Shown: piece after piece, positions 54,125 through 62,365 of the stretch
Layout of the letters: every line of letters begins with the position of its first letter
How positions within the stretch are numbered: position 1 is the first letter of the stretch
Assembly (NCBI GenBank): GCA_002450075.1
Contig: DJYJ01000015.1
Location: 2,377 to 66,376, forward strand
Length of the DNA: 64,000 nucleotides
Direction of reading: 5' to 3'
Origin: Clostridiales bacterium UBA6981
GTDB taxonomy: Bacteria > Bacillota > Clostridia > Oscillospirales > Oscillospiraceae
Notes under the pieces: model-generated
Told to the model about the DNA's origin: nothing
The model's input: the letters and a program-made list of their open reading frames with translations, nothing else
The model's database searches: none
Program-made: the position numbers and the translations under genes

Positions 54125-54385
54125 AAGCACCTCCGGATAGTATTGCAGCCTGTCCTACCAAAAGGACGGACAGCTGCGTATCCGTGGTGCCACCTTTCTT
54201 ACCGCCGAAGCGATCACTCGTCGGAGCCAATCAGCTCCCAGCTCTTTAACGCAGCGCTTACGGCTTCCCTAATAGAATTCTCGTTCAGGTCGCGGCTCCG
54301 AAGGGTTACCTGTCAAAGACGCTTGCACCGGGCTTCCACCGTCCCCGGCTCGCTGCGGCAGTTTTTCTTTGCGGCATGTCTTCAT
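54125..54385 (-). promoter_or_regulatory. T-box leader (Asn-type) upstream of asnB
   Basis: On the minus strand: Stem-I-like GCAGCGAGCCGGGGACGGTGGAAGCCCGG. AAC and AAU codons in CCUGAACGAGAAUUC. Conserved T-box AAAGGUGGCACCACGG (consensus GGUGGNACCGCG) at 54182-54197. Confidence 0.65.
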
Positions 54386-54400
54386 CTCAGCCATTGATGC

Positions 54401-54434
54401 AGGGGATCCCTCTGAGTGCTTGAAGGGATCCCCT
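54401..54434 (-). other. perfect 11-bp hairpin between the sORF pair and the T-box leader
   Basis: AGGGGATCCCT - 12 nt - AGGGATCCCCT. There is no U-tract on the minus strand, so a terminator role is uncertain. Confidence 0.4.
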
Positions 54435-54473
54435 TTAATCTATTAAAAATGTTTAATTCGGGAGTTTTACAGT

Positions 54474-54539
54474 TCAGCGGCCTTCCCGATGAGAAAAGCT
54501 CTTGTAGTACTCCTTGAACAGTTCGGACATTTTTTTCAT
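54474..54539 (-). CDS. 21-aa small protein MKKMSELFKEYYKSFSHREGR (paralogue 1)
   Basis: AAAGGAG RBS 8 nt upstream. It shares MKK..L..E.Y.SFSHREG with the neighbouring sORF, and the DNA differences in the shared blocks are all synonymous. Confidence 0.6.
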   Translation of the reverse strand: MKKMSELFKEYYKSFSHREGR

Positions 54540-54599
54540 GACAGACACTCCTTTTCATTTTTAAGATGATGTTTTCTTCCCATTTGAACATGGACCGGA

Positions 54600-54662
54600 T
54601 CAGCCCTCGCGGTGAGAGAAGCTTTCATATAATTCTTCCACCAGCTTTTCAATCTTCTTCAT
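54600..54662 (-). CDS. 20-aa small protein MKKIEKLVEELYESFSHREG (paralogue 2)
   Basis: AAGAGG RBS 8 nt upstream. Evidence as for paralogue 1. Confidence 0.6.
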   Translation of the reverse strand: MKKIEKLVEELYESFSHREG

Positions 54663-54861
54663 GGGATTCGCCTCTTTTCATTTTGGATTGTTGTCTGTTT
54701 CCCGGGGACGATTGAAGCATAGCACAGGAGAAAAGAAAAATAAAATACATATAATATGGCCATTATCATATGATTTCCGTATCAATTCTGTGGCGCACGA
54801 TCAGCGCAAAATCATAGGCTTTCCCTCTTCCTTTTCCTCTGAAATCTGTATATCGGAAGCC

Positions 54862-54890
54862 TTGACTTCTGTATTTTCGGCAAGTATAAT
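54862..54890 (+). promoter_or_regulatory. sigma-A promoter of the amt-PII gene
   Basis: TTGACT, 17 nt, TATAAT. This is a near-consensus promoter. Confidence 0.7.
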
Positions 54891-54905
54891 CACCGACATA
54901 TTGGA

Positions 54906-54953
54906 CGGCAAAGACGCCGCACGTTGGGTGCAGAGGTCTTTGCCGCCTTTTTT
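54906..54953 (+). promoter_or_regulatory. intrinsic terminator inside the amt leader (candidate attenuator)
   Basis: CGGCAAAGAC - 20 nt - GTCTTTGCCG followed by CCTTTTTT, immediately before the RBS GGAGGTG. Confidence 0.6.
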
Positions 54954-54971
54954 GGAGGTGTCTTGACGGAT

Positions 54972-56651
54972 ATGACAGTATGGTTTTTGATCGGTGCGAT
55001 TTTGGTGTTCTTCATGCAATGCGGCTTTGCCATGGTAGAGACCGGCTTCACCCGGGCTAAGAACGCAGGCAACATTATTATGAAAAACCTGATGGATTTC
55101 TGCATTGGGACAGTGATGTTCTTCCTGCTCGGCTACGGGCTGATGATGGGTCAGCATGGCGCTCTTGGCTTGATCGGCAGGCCGGAATGGGGAATGTTCC
55201 GGGACTTTGAAGGCTTCGATTGGTCATCCTTTGTTTTTCAGCTGGTGTTTTGTGCGACGGCAGCCACGATCGTGTCGGGTGCCATGGCAGAGCGGACGAA
55301 ATTTTCCGCCTATTGCCTGTATTCCGCGATTATCAGTTTGCTCATCTATCCGATCGAGGCCGGCTGGGTCTGGGGCGGCGGCTGGCTGAACAGGCTGAGC
55401 TTCATCGACTTTGCCGGATCCTGCGTGATTCACATGGTAGGAGGTCTGTCCGCGCTGGTCGGCGCGGCGATCCTCGGTCCCCGTATCGGCAAATATACAA
55501 AAAGCCAGGACGGTAGCATCACCTCAAACGCGATCCCGGGGCACTCCGTAACCTTGGGCGCTTTGGGTGTTTTCATTTTGTGGTTTGCCTGGTACGGCTT
55601 TAACGGCGCGGCGGCAGCTGACGTGGAAGAGATGGCGCGTATCTTCGGGACAACCACGATCGCCCCGGCGGTGGCAACGGTCACCTGCATGCTCTTTACC
55701 TGGAGGAAGAACGGGAAGCCGGACGTCTCCATGTGCCTTAACGCCTCTCTGGCCGGCCTGGTTGCCATCACCGCAGGCTGCGCCAGCGTGGATGCGCTCG
55801 GCGCAACAATTATTGGAATCGTCTCGGGGATCCTCGTGGATCTGGCGGTGGAGATCCTGGACATGCGTTTCCACGTGGACGATCCCGTCGGTGCCGTGGC
55901 GGTCCACTGCGTCAACGGGATCTGGGGTACGATCGCGGTCGGTCTTTTTGCCTGCAATGAGAGCTACGGCGCCAAAGGCCTCTTTTATGGCGGCGGGCTG
56001 CGGCAGCTGGGCGTGCAGTGTCTCGGCGTCCTCACCGTCGGCAGCTATACGGTCTTGTGCATGATCCTTGTGTTCAAACTGATCAAAGGCACGATCGGTC
56101 TGCGGGCTGGCGCGGAGGAAGAAATCGAAGGCCTGGATGTGACGGAGCACGGCCTCGCCAACGCCTACGCGGACTTCATCCCCATTGAGTCCACGCTGGG
56201 CGTGCATTCCGACGGCCCGGTCGACACTGCCGGACTACAGCCTTTCCCGCTGACGCTTTCCTCCGGCTTGCATGAGACGCCGGTCGGCCGGAAACGCTAC
56301 ACCCTGGTGCGTATCCTCTGCGATGAGGCGCGTTTCGGTACCCTGCGGGATACGATGGCAGGCATCGGCGTTACCGGCATGACCGTCACCAATGTGCTGG
56401 GCTGCGGCACGCAGAAGGGCAAAACCGGCCAGTACCGCGGTATTGAGATGAGCATGCATCTCACGCCGAAGCTGCAGGTCGATATTGTCGTGTCCAAGGT
56501 GGATCCCGAGCTTGTCGTCGCCGCGGCCAACGCGGCGCTACACACCGGAGAGATCGGCGACGGCAAGATCTTCGTATACGATGTGGAGGACGTGGTCCGC
56601 ATCCGCACGGGAGAATCCGGCTATGACGCGCTACAAATATCAGAGATTTAA
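54972..56651 (+). CDS. ammonium transporter (Amt) fused to a C-terminal P-II (GlnB/GlnK) domain
   Basis: ATG 54972 lies 11 nt after GGAGGTG. FFMQCGFAMVETGFTRAKNAGNI and DFAGSCVIHMVGG are Amt blocks. The last 112 aa, YTLVRILCDEARFGTLRDTMAGIGVTGMTVTNVLGCGTQKGKTGQYRG...IGDGKIFVYDVEDVVRIRTGE, are P-II including the T-loop Tyr. Confidence 0.85.
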   Translation: MTVWFLIGAILVFFMQCGFAMVETGFTRAKNAGNIIMKNLMDFCIGTVMFFLLGYGLMMGQHGALGLIGRPEWGMFRDFEGFDWSSFVFQLVFCATAATIVSGAMAERTKFSAYCLYSAIISLLIYPIEAGWVWGGGWLNRLSFIDFAGSCVIHMVGGLSALVGAAILGPRIGKYTKSQDGSITSNAIPGHSVTLGALGVFILWFAWYGFNGAAAADVEEMARIFGTTTIAPAVATVTCMLFTWRKNGKPDVSMCLNASLAGLVAITAGCASVDALGATIIGIVSGILVDLAVEILDMRFHVDDPVGAVAVHCVNGIWGTIAVGLFACNESYGAKGLFYGGGLRQLGVQCLGVLTVGSYTVLCMILVFKLIKGTIGLRAGAEEEIEGLDVTEHGLANAYADFIPIESTLGVHSDGPVDTAGLQPFPLTLSSGLHETPVGRKRYTLVRILCDEARFGTLRDTMAGIGVTGMTVTNVLGCGTQKGKTGQYRGIEMSMHLTPKLQVDIVVSKVDPELVVAAANAALHTGEIGDGKIFVYDVEDVVRIRTGESGYDALQISEI

Positions 56652-56722
56652 CTGCTGCGCGACGAGCAGGTGCAGCGCAGACCGTTTACACAAGCGGCCG
56701 GATCGATCAAGGAGGAAAAAGC

Positions 56723-57463
56723 ATGTTTGACGCGATGAAAGTGAAAAACAACTGTGTGGATTGGATACGCGTTTTTTTTGAAACAAACGGAGCGGGATGC
56801 AATGCCGTCGTTGGAATTTCCGGGGGGAAAGACAGCTCCACGGTAGCGGCGCTCTGTGCGGAGGCGCTCGGCAGGGAACGGGTGATCGGGGTCCTGATGC
56901 CGAACGGCGTACAGCCGGATATCGACGCTGCGCATAGTCTGGTGAGGCATCTGGGCATCCGGTATGTCACAGTGAATATCGAAGCAGCCGTGAACGGCCT
57001 GAAAGAGGCCATTCCGTTTGCGCTCTCCGAACAGAGCCGAATCAATCTTCCTGCCCGCATTCGCATGGCGGCGCTGTATGCGGTATCCCAAAGTCACAAC
57101 GGACGAGTGGCGAACACCTGCAATCTCTCGGAAGACTGGGTGGGTTATGCGACACGCTATGGCGACGGGGCGGGAGATTTCAGCCCCTGCTCCCGGCTGA
57201 CCGTGCAGGAGGTCAAGGCGGTCGGACGTGCGCTTGGCCTTCCCGCGCAGCTCATCGAGAAAACGCCGATCGACGGCCTGTCGGGGAAGACGGACGAAGA
57301 GAACCTGGGCTTCACCTACGAGGAACTGGATCGCTATATCCGCACGGGAGAATTGTCGGATGAAGGAATAAAGGCCAGGATCGACAGCCTGCATGCGCAG
57401 AATCTCTTCAAGCTGCGGCCGATGCCGTATTTTGACCCTGAACTTACCGTTTTTCGGCCATGA
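56723..57463 (+). CDS. nadE: NH3-dependent NAD+ synthetase
   Basis: AAGGAGGAAAAAGC RBS. VVGISGGKDSS PP-loop. 246 aa with no glutaminase domain. Confidence 0.85.
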   Translation: MFDAMKVKNNCVDWIRVFFETNGAGCNAVVGISGGKDSSTVAALCAEALGRERVIGVLMPNGVQPDIDAAHSLVRHLGIRYVTVNIEAAVNGLKEAIPFALSEQSRINLPARIRMAALYAVSQSHNGRVANTCNLSEDWVGYATRYGDGAGDFSPCSRLTVQEVKAVGRALGLPAQLIEKTPIDGLSGKTDEENLGFTYEELDRYIRTGELSDEGIKARIDSLHAQNLFKLRPMPYFDPELTVFRP

Positions 57464-57589
57464 AACGCACGAGGCATACCCGCAATTCAAATACCGATCT
57501 GATCGGACGGCGGCCTGCGGCATGATAGGAAAAGGCTTTTTGCTATCATAGTGTTTTCGAATGATAAGAACGGAGGCGATATAAAAATG

Positions 57590-57619
57590 CTTGTCTTTTG
57601 TGGCAGACAAGTGTAAAAT
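57590..57619 (+). promoter_or_regulatory. inverted repeat (candidate operator) abutting an extended -10 element upstream of the glutamine synthetase gene
   Basis: CTTGTCT - 8 nt - AGACAAG followed by TGTAAAAT. The half-sites resemble the TGTNA/TNACA half-sites of GlnR/TnrA boxes, but the spacing is one nt longer. Confidence 0.4.
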
Positions 57620-57628
57620 GACCGCGTA

Positions 57629-57662
57629 ATGAGAGGCAAGACTGCCTCTCATGTGCATTTTT
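57629..57662 (+). promoter_or_regulatory. strong hairpin in the glutamine synthetase 5' leader
   Basis: ATGAGAGGCA - agac - TGCCTCTCAT followed by GTGCATTTTT, about 30 nt before the RBS GAAGGAGG. Confidence 0.45.
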
Positions 57663-57692
57663 GCCTCACAAAGTCAGAAGGAGGAATTCATC

Positions 57693-59788
57693 ATGAGTAC
57701 AGTACCGGAACTGTTCGGCAGCATGGTTTTCGATGACAAGGTCATGCGTGCGCGCCTGTCCGCAGACGTCTACCACAGTCTGAAGGAAACCATCCGCAGA
57801 GGAAAGAAGCTGGATCTCTCCGTGGCCAACGCCGTGGCGGACGCCATGTGCTCCTGGGCTGTGGAGAACGGAGCCACCCATTTCACCCATTGGTTCCAGC
57901 CGCTGACCGGCATCACCGCGGAAAAGCATGAAAGCTTCCTCTCTCCCGCGCCGGACAGCCACGTGATCATGAAGTTTTCCGGCAAAGAGCTGATCCAGGG
58001 CGAGCCGGACGCCTCCAGCTTCCCCTCCGGCGGCCTGCGGGCCACCTTCGAGGCCAGAGGCTATACCGCCTGGGACCCGACCTCCTATGCTTTTATCAAG
58101 GAAAAGACGCTGTGCATCCCGACGGCGTTCTGCTCCTACGGCGGCGAGGCGCTGGACAAAAAGACGCCGCTGCTGCGTTCGATGGAGGCTTTGAACCGTC
58201 AGGCGCTGCGTGTGCTGCGTTTGTTTGGAAATCATGAAGTACAGCGAGTCATGACAAACGTCGGCCCGGAGCAGGAGTATTTTCTCGTAGACCGGGAGAT
58301 GTACCTCAAGCGCCGTGACCTGATCTACACCGGGCGGACCCTCTTCGGTGCGAAGCCCCCCAAGGGTCAGGAGCTGGAGGACCACTATTTCGGTGCGATC
58401 AAGCCCCGGGTCAAGGCCTTCATGGAGGAGCTGAACGAGGAGCTTTGGAAGCTTGGCATCTACGCCAAGACAGAGCACAACGAGGTGGCCCCCTGCCAGC
58501 ATGAGCTCGCGCCGATCTTCACCGTGACCAACGTCGCGGCGGATCACAATCAGCTCACCATGGAGATCATGAAGAAGGTCGCCCGCCGGCACGGTCTCGC
58601 GTGCCTGCTGCATGAAAAACCCTTTGCGGGTGTCAACGGCAGCGGTAAGCATAACAACTGGTCCATGGCCACCGATACCGGCGTCAATCTCCTGAGCCCC
58701 GGCGACACGCCTTATGAAAACGCGCAGTTTCTGCTCTTTCTTCTGGCGGTCATCAAGGCGGTGGACGAGTATCAGGGGCTGCTGCGTCTGAGCGTGGCCT
58801 CGGCCGGCAATGACCACCGTCTCGGCGCCAACGAAGCGCCGCCGGCCGTCATTTCCATCTTCCTCGGTGACGAGCTGAGCGCCGTATTGGACGCCATCGA
58901 GACAGACAGCCCCTACGCCGGGACGGAGAAAGCGGCAGGATCCGTCTGGGCGCCGACGTGCTGCCCCGCTTCAACCGGGACACAACAGACCGCAACCGCA
59001 CTTCGCCTTTTGCCTTTACCGGCAATAAATTCGAGTTCCGCATGGTCGGCTCCAATGACTCGATCTCCTGCGCGAACATCATGATCAACGCCGCCGTGGC
59101 GGAGGCGCTGCGCCAGTTTGCGGATACGCTGGAGGGCAGCGCGGAGGGCTTTGATACCTGCCTGCACGAGCTGATCCGGGAAAACATCACGGCCCACAAG
59201 CGGATCCTGTTCAACGGGAACGGCTATGACGAGAGCTGGATCCGGGAGGCGACGGAGGAGCGCGGCCTGCTGAATCTGCGCACGACGCCGGATGCGCTGC
59301 AGATGGTGCTGGTGCCGGAGAACATGGAGATGCTGCAGCGGCATCGGATTTTCTCTGAGGCGGAGATCCTCTCCCGTTATGAGATCACCATGGAGAACTA
59401 TGTGCGCACGGTGCGCATCGAGGCGCTGACCATGGCGGAGATGGCCCGGAAAGAGATCCTGCCCGCTGTACTGCGCTATACCGGCGACCTGGCTGCTGAA
59501 ATCTGCGAGAAGAAAAAGGCTGTGGCCGTGCTGCCCTGCCGGGCGGAAACCAAGCTGCTGGAAAAGCTCTCTATTCTTTCTGATGAAATCGATGCGGCCA
59601 TTGATGCACTCGAAGAGAGTATCGGCGGCTGCGCCGGGGAGGACGTCACGGCCCAGGCCTTTTTCATCCGGGATGAGCTTCTCGGAAAAATGGCTGCGCT
59701 GCGCGCGCTCTGCGACGAGGCGGAGACGCTCACAGCCGCATCCTACTGGCCGTTCCCGACTTACGGAGAGCTGCTGTTCAAGGTATAA
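57693..59788 (+). pseudogene. glnA: type III glutamine synthetase with the reading frame broken by an apparent 1-nt deletion near 58937 (pseudogene or assembly error)
   Basis: The N-terminal part (ORF 57651-59084; [15 protein letters not shown]...[11 protein letters not shown]...) and the C-terminal part (frame of ORF 58958-59788; [33 protein letters not shown]...) are consecutive GSIII sequence in frames offset by one. The two frames overlap only between 58871 and about 58940. Confidence 0.7.
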
Positions 59789-59801
59789 GGAGGAAGACGT
59801 C

Positions 59802-61625
59802 ATGTGTGGAATCGTTGGATTTGCCGGCAAACAGAGCGCTGCGCCCATCCTGCTGAAGGGTCTGCAGCAGCTCGAGTATCGGGGCTATGACTCGGCGGGT
59901 ATCGCCGTGATGGACGACGACAGGATCCGGGTCGAAAAAGTGAGCGGGCGCATCGCCAGGCTCTGTGAGAAGACAGATAACGGCGCGTCCGTCCACGGCC
60001 GCATCGGCATCGGTCACACCCGCTGGGCGACCCACGGCGCGCCTACGGACATCAACGCCCACCCCCATCTGTCCAATGACGGGCGCTTTGCCATCGTGCA
60101 CAACGGGATCATTGAGAACTATCTGGCCCTGCGGGAGGAGCTGATCGCTGACGGCTATGTGTTCCGGAGCGAAACGGACACCGAGACGATCGTCCATTTA
60201 CTGGAGAAATACTACGACGGCGATATCAAAACCGCCGTCATGAAGACGGCGGCGAGACTGGAGGGCTCCTACGCCCTGGGGATCCTCTGCGCCGACGCGC
60301 CGGACACGCTTTACGCCGTCCGGGAGGCAAGCCCGCTGATCCTCGGCATCGGCGTGGGGGAGAATTTCTTTGCTTCCGATGTGACCGCTCTGGTCGCGCA
60401 TACGAAAAACGTTATTTATCTCGACGACGGTGAGATCGCCATGCTCACGCCGCGATCCATCCAGGTCTTCGACTGCACCGGGAAGCTGATCCAAAAGCCC
60501 ATTAACCGCGTGACCTGGAGCGTGGAGGCGGCGGAGAAGGGCGGCTATGAGCACTTCATGCTCAAGGAGATCATGGAGCAGCCCGCCGCCGTCAAGGCGG
60601 CCTTGGCGCCGCGCCTGCATGAAGGCGAGATCCGGCTCGACGATTTTGAGCTTTCCGCAGAGAAGCTGCGCTCGATCAACAAGATCGTCATCACCGCCTG
60701 CGGATCGGCCTATTACGCAGGCTGCTCAGGTCGCTATGCGATTGAAAAGCTATGCCATATCCCGGTTCAGGTGGAGCTGGCCAGCGAGCTGCGCTACGGC
60801 GAGCCGATGGTGGACGAGCACACGCTGGTGCTGGTGATCTCCCAATCCGGTGAGACAGCCGACACCATCGCGGCGCTCAAGGAGTGCCGAAGGCGCGGCG
60901 CTACGATCATCGGCATCGTCAATGTGGTAGGCAGCACGATCGCAAAGCTGGCCGATCACACGCTCTATACCTGGGCCGGGCCCGAGATCGCCGTAGCGAC
61001 GACCAAGGGCTATACCACGCAGCTTGCCGTGCTGTACCTGTTTGCGCTCTATACGGCGGAAAAGCTGGGGCGTCTACAGAAAACCGAGTATTCCTCTCTG
61101 GTACGCTCCCTGAAAATGCTGCCAAAGCTCCTCCAGGAGACGATCGATATGAACTATCAGATCCCCGCCCTTGCCGGACGCTATGCCAGCCAATCCCTCT
61201 TTTTCATCGGCCGCAATACGGATTATGCCGTGGCGCTGGAAGGAGCGCTGAAGATGAAGGAAATCTCCTATCTGCACGCGGAGTCCTATGCCGCCGGGGA
61301 GCTCAAGCACGGAACCATCGCCCTCATAGACGAGGGGCAGCCGGTGATCGCCGTCTGCTGCAACGAGGCGCTCTGCGACAAAACGCTGTCGAACATCGTG
61401 GAGGTCAAGGCCAGGGGCGCGAAGGTGCTGGCGTTGGCCTTTCGCGGGAACAGGAAAATCGTCTCCCAGGCCGACGACGTGATCTTCATCCCGCAGATCG
61501 AGACCGTCTTCTCCGCCGCTCTCGCCGTCGTACCGCTGCAGCTGCTGGCGTATTATGCCGCGAAAGAAAAGGGCTGCGACATCGACAAGCCGAAAAATCT
61601 GGCCAAGTCCGTGACGGTGGAGTGA
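59802..61625 (+). CDS. glmS: glutamine--fructose-6-phosphate aminotransferase
   Basis: AAGGAGGAAGACGTC precedes ATG 59802. MCGIVGF Ntn start, two SIS domains, C-terminal KPKNLAKSVTVE. Confidence 0.95.
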   Translation: MCGIVGFAGKQSAAPILLKGLQQLEYRGYDSAGIAVMDDDRIRVEKVSGRIARLCEKTDNGASVHGRIGIGHTRWATHGAPTDINAHPHLSNDGRFAIVHNGIIENYLALREELIADGYVFRSETDTETIVHLLEKYYDGDIKTAVMKTAARLEGSYALGILCADAPDTLYAVREASPLILGIGVGENFFASDVTALVAHTKNVIYLDDGEIAMLTPRSIQVFDCTGKLIQKPINRVTWSVEAAEKGGYEHFMLKEIMEQPAAVKAALAPRLHEGEIRLDDFELSAEKLRSINKIVITACGSAYYAGCSGRYAIEKLCHIPVQVELASELRYGEPMVDEHTLVLVISQSGETADTIAALKECRRRGATIIGIVNVVGSTIAKLADHTLYTWAGPEIAVATTKGYTTQLAVLYLFALYTAEKLGRLQKTEYSSLVRSLKMLPKLLQETIDMNYQIPALAGRYASQSLFFIGRNTDYAVALEGALKMKEISYLHAESYAAGELKHGTIALIDEGQPVIAVCCNEALCDKTLSNIVEVKARGAKVLALAFRGNRKIVSQADDVIFIPQIETVFSAALAVVPLQLLAYYAAKEKGCDIDKPKNLAKSVTVE

Positions 61626-61855
61626 GCGGATCCTATTATCATCGTTATTCCTACAAAAACATTTCACTCTTTTTCACTCAGATATTACAAGCATAACCTT
61701 TCTGCCTCCGTTACGTTGGTCTTGACCAAATACTTGTTACGATTATCCGCTATATAAAGGAACATATTATTTTCAATTCGTTATTGATACAGGCTGTTTC
61801 GAGTGATGTATTCTTATCGTAGAAACAGTCTGTTCCGCTTTGGAGATTAAACCAT

Positions 61856-62128
61856 ATGCGAAGGAAAGACGAATCGAAGAAACCGATCATCGCAGATTTC
61901 ATCCATGCATTTTACTACGAGCATGATAAAGTCCCCAGCGTGAGAGAGATCGTTGAGGGAACTGGGATTCCGCTTTCAACCGCTCACCGTTATCTTGTGG
62001 ATATGCAGGGTGAATGTGGAAGCAAAGGGCAGGTATCAAGTCCAAAAAAGAATCACGCAGCAGCGAGAACTGTACGTGATCTTTGGCTTGATGCCTGCCT
62101 TTGTTTTTATCAATTTTGCAAAAATTGA
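61856..62128 (+). CDS. short winged-helix (LexA-N-terminal-like) DNA-binding protein, possibly truncated
   Basis: IIADFIHAFYYEHDKVPSVREIVEGTGIPLSTAHRYLVDMQ resembles the LexA/phage-repressor N-terminal wHTH. It lies in a low-GC patch, and the C-terminal 40 aa look like non-native read-through. Confidence 0.35.
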   Translation: MRRKDESKKPIIADFIHAFYYEHDKVPSVREIVEGTGIPLSTAHRYLVDMQGECGSKGQVSSPKKNHAAARTVRDLWLDACLCFYQFCKN

Positions 62129-62365
62129 ATCGCGTCTGAAAAGCAAAACGCGAAAAAAGTTGAGCGGAGGAAGCGGTTTCTTACTTAGAGCAAGTATCGA
62201 CCCGTGGCCCAAAATTCGAGATAGCCGAATTTTTGCCGCGGTCAGAACTTGTTGGGGAGTGCCTTCCCCAGACTGTGTCAAAACACCAGTCCGTGGACTT
62301 CCCCAAACCCAAATTTTCTGCTTTCTGCAGAAAAACAGACATAAAAGCAAGCGCTGGTTTTGCCT

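Noticed and set aside
54382-54591. 69-aa ORF overlapping sORF paralogue 1 in another frame
   Set aside because: It has no RBS. The paired sORFs, with their synonymous-only differences, explain the conservation better.
56648-57658. 336-aa minus-strand ORF over nadE
   Set aside because: It is antisense to a clear NAD synthetase (SGGKDSS), and no RBS or motif supports it.
58920-58945. Programmed ribosomal frameshift in the glutamine synthetase gene
   Set aside because: There is no slippery heptamer or obvious downstream stimulatory structure at the junction. A simple 1-nt indel, real or an assembly artefact, is more parsimonious.
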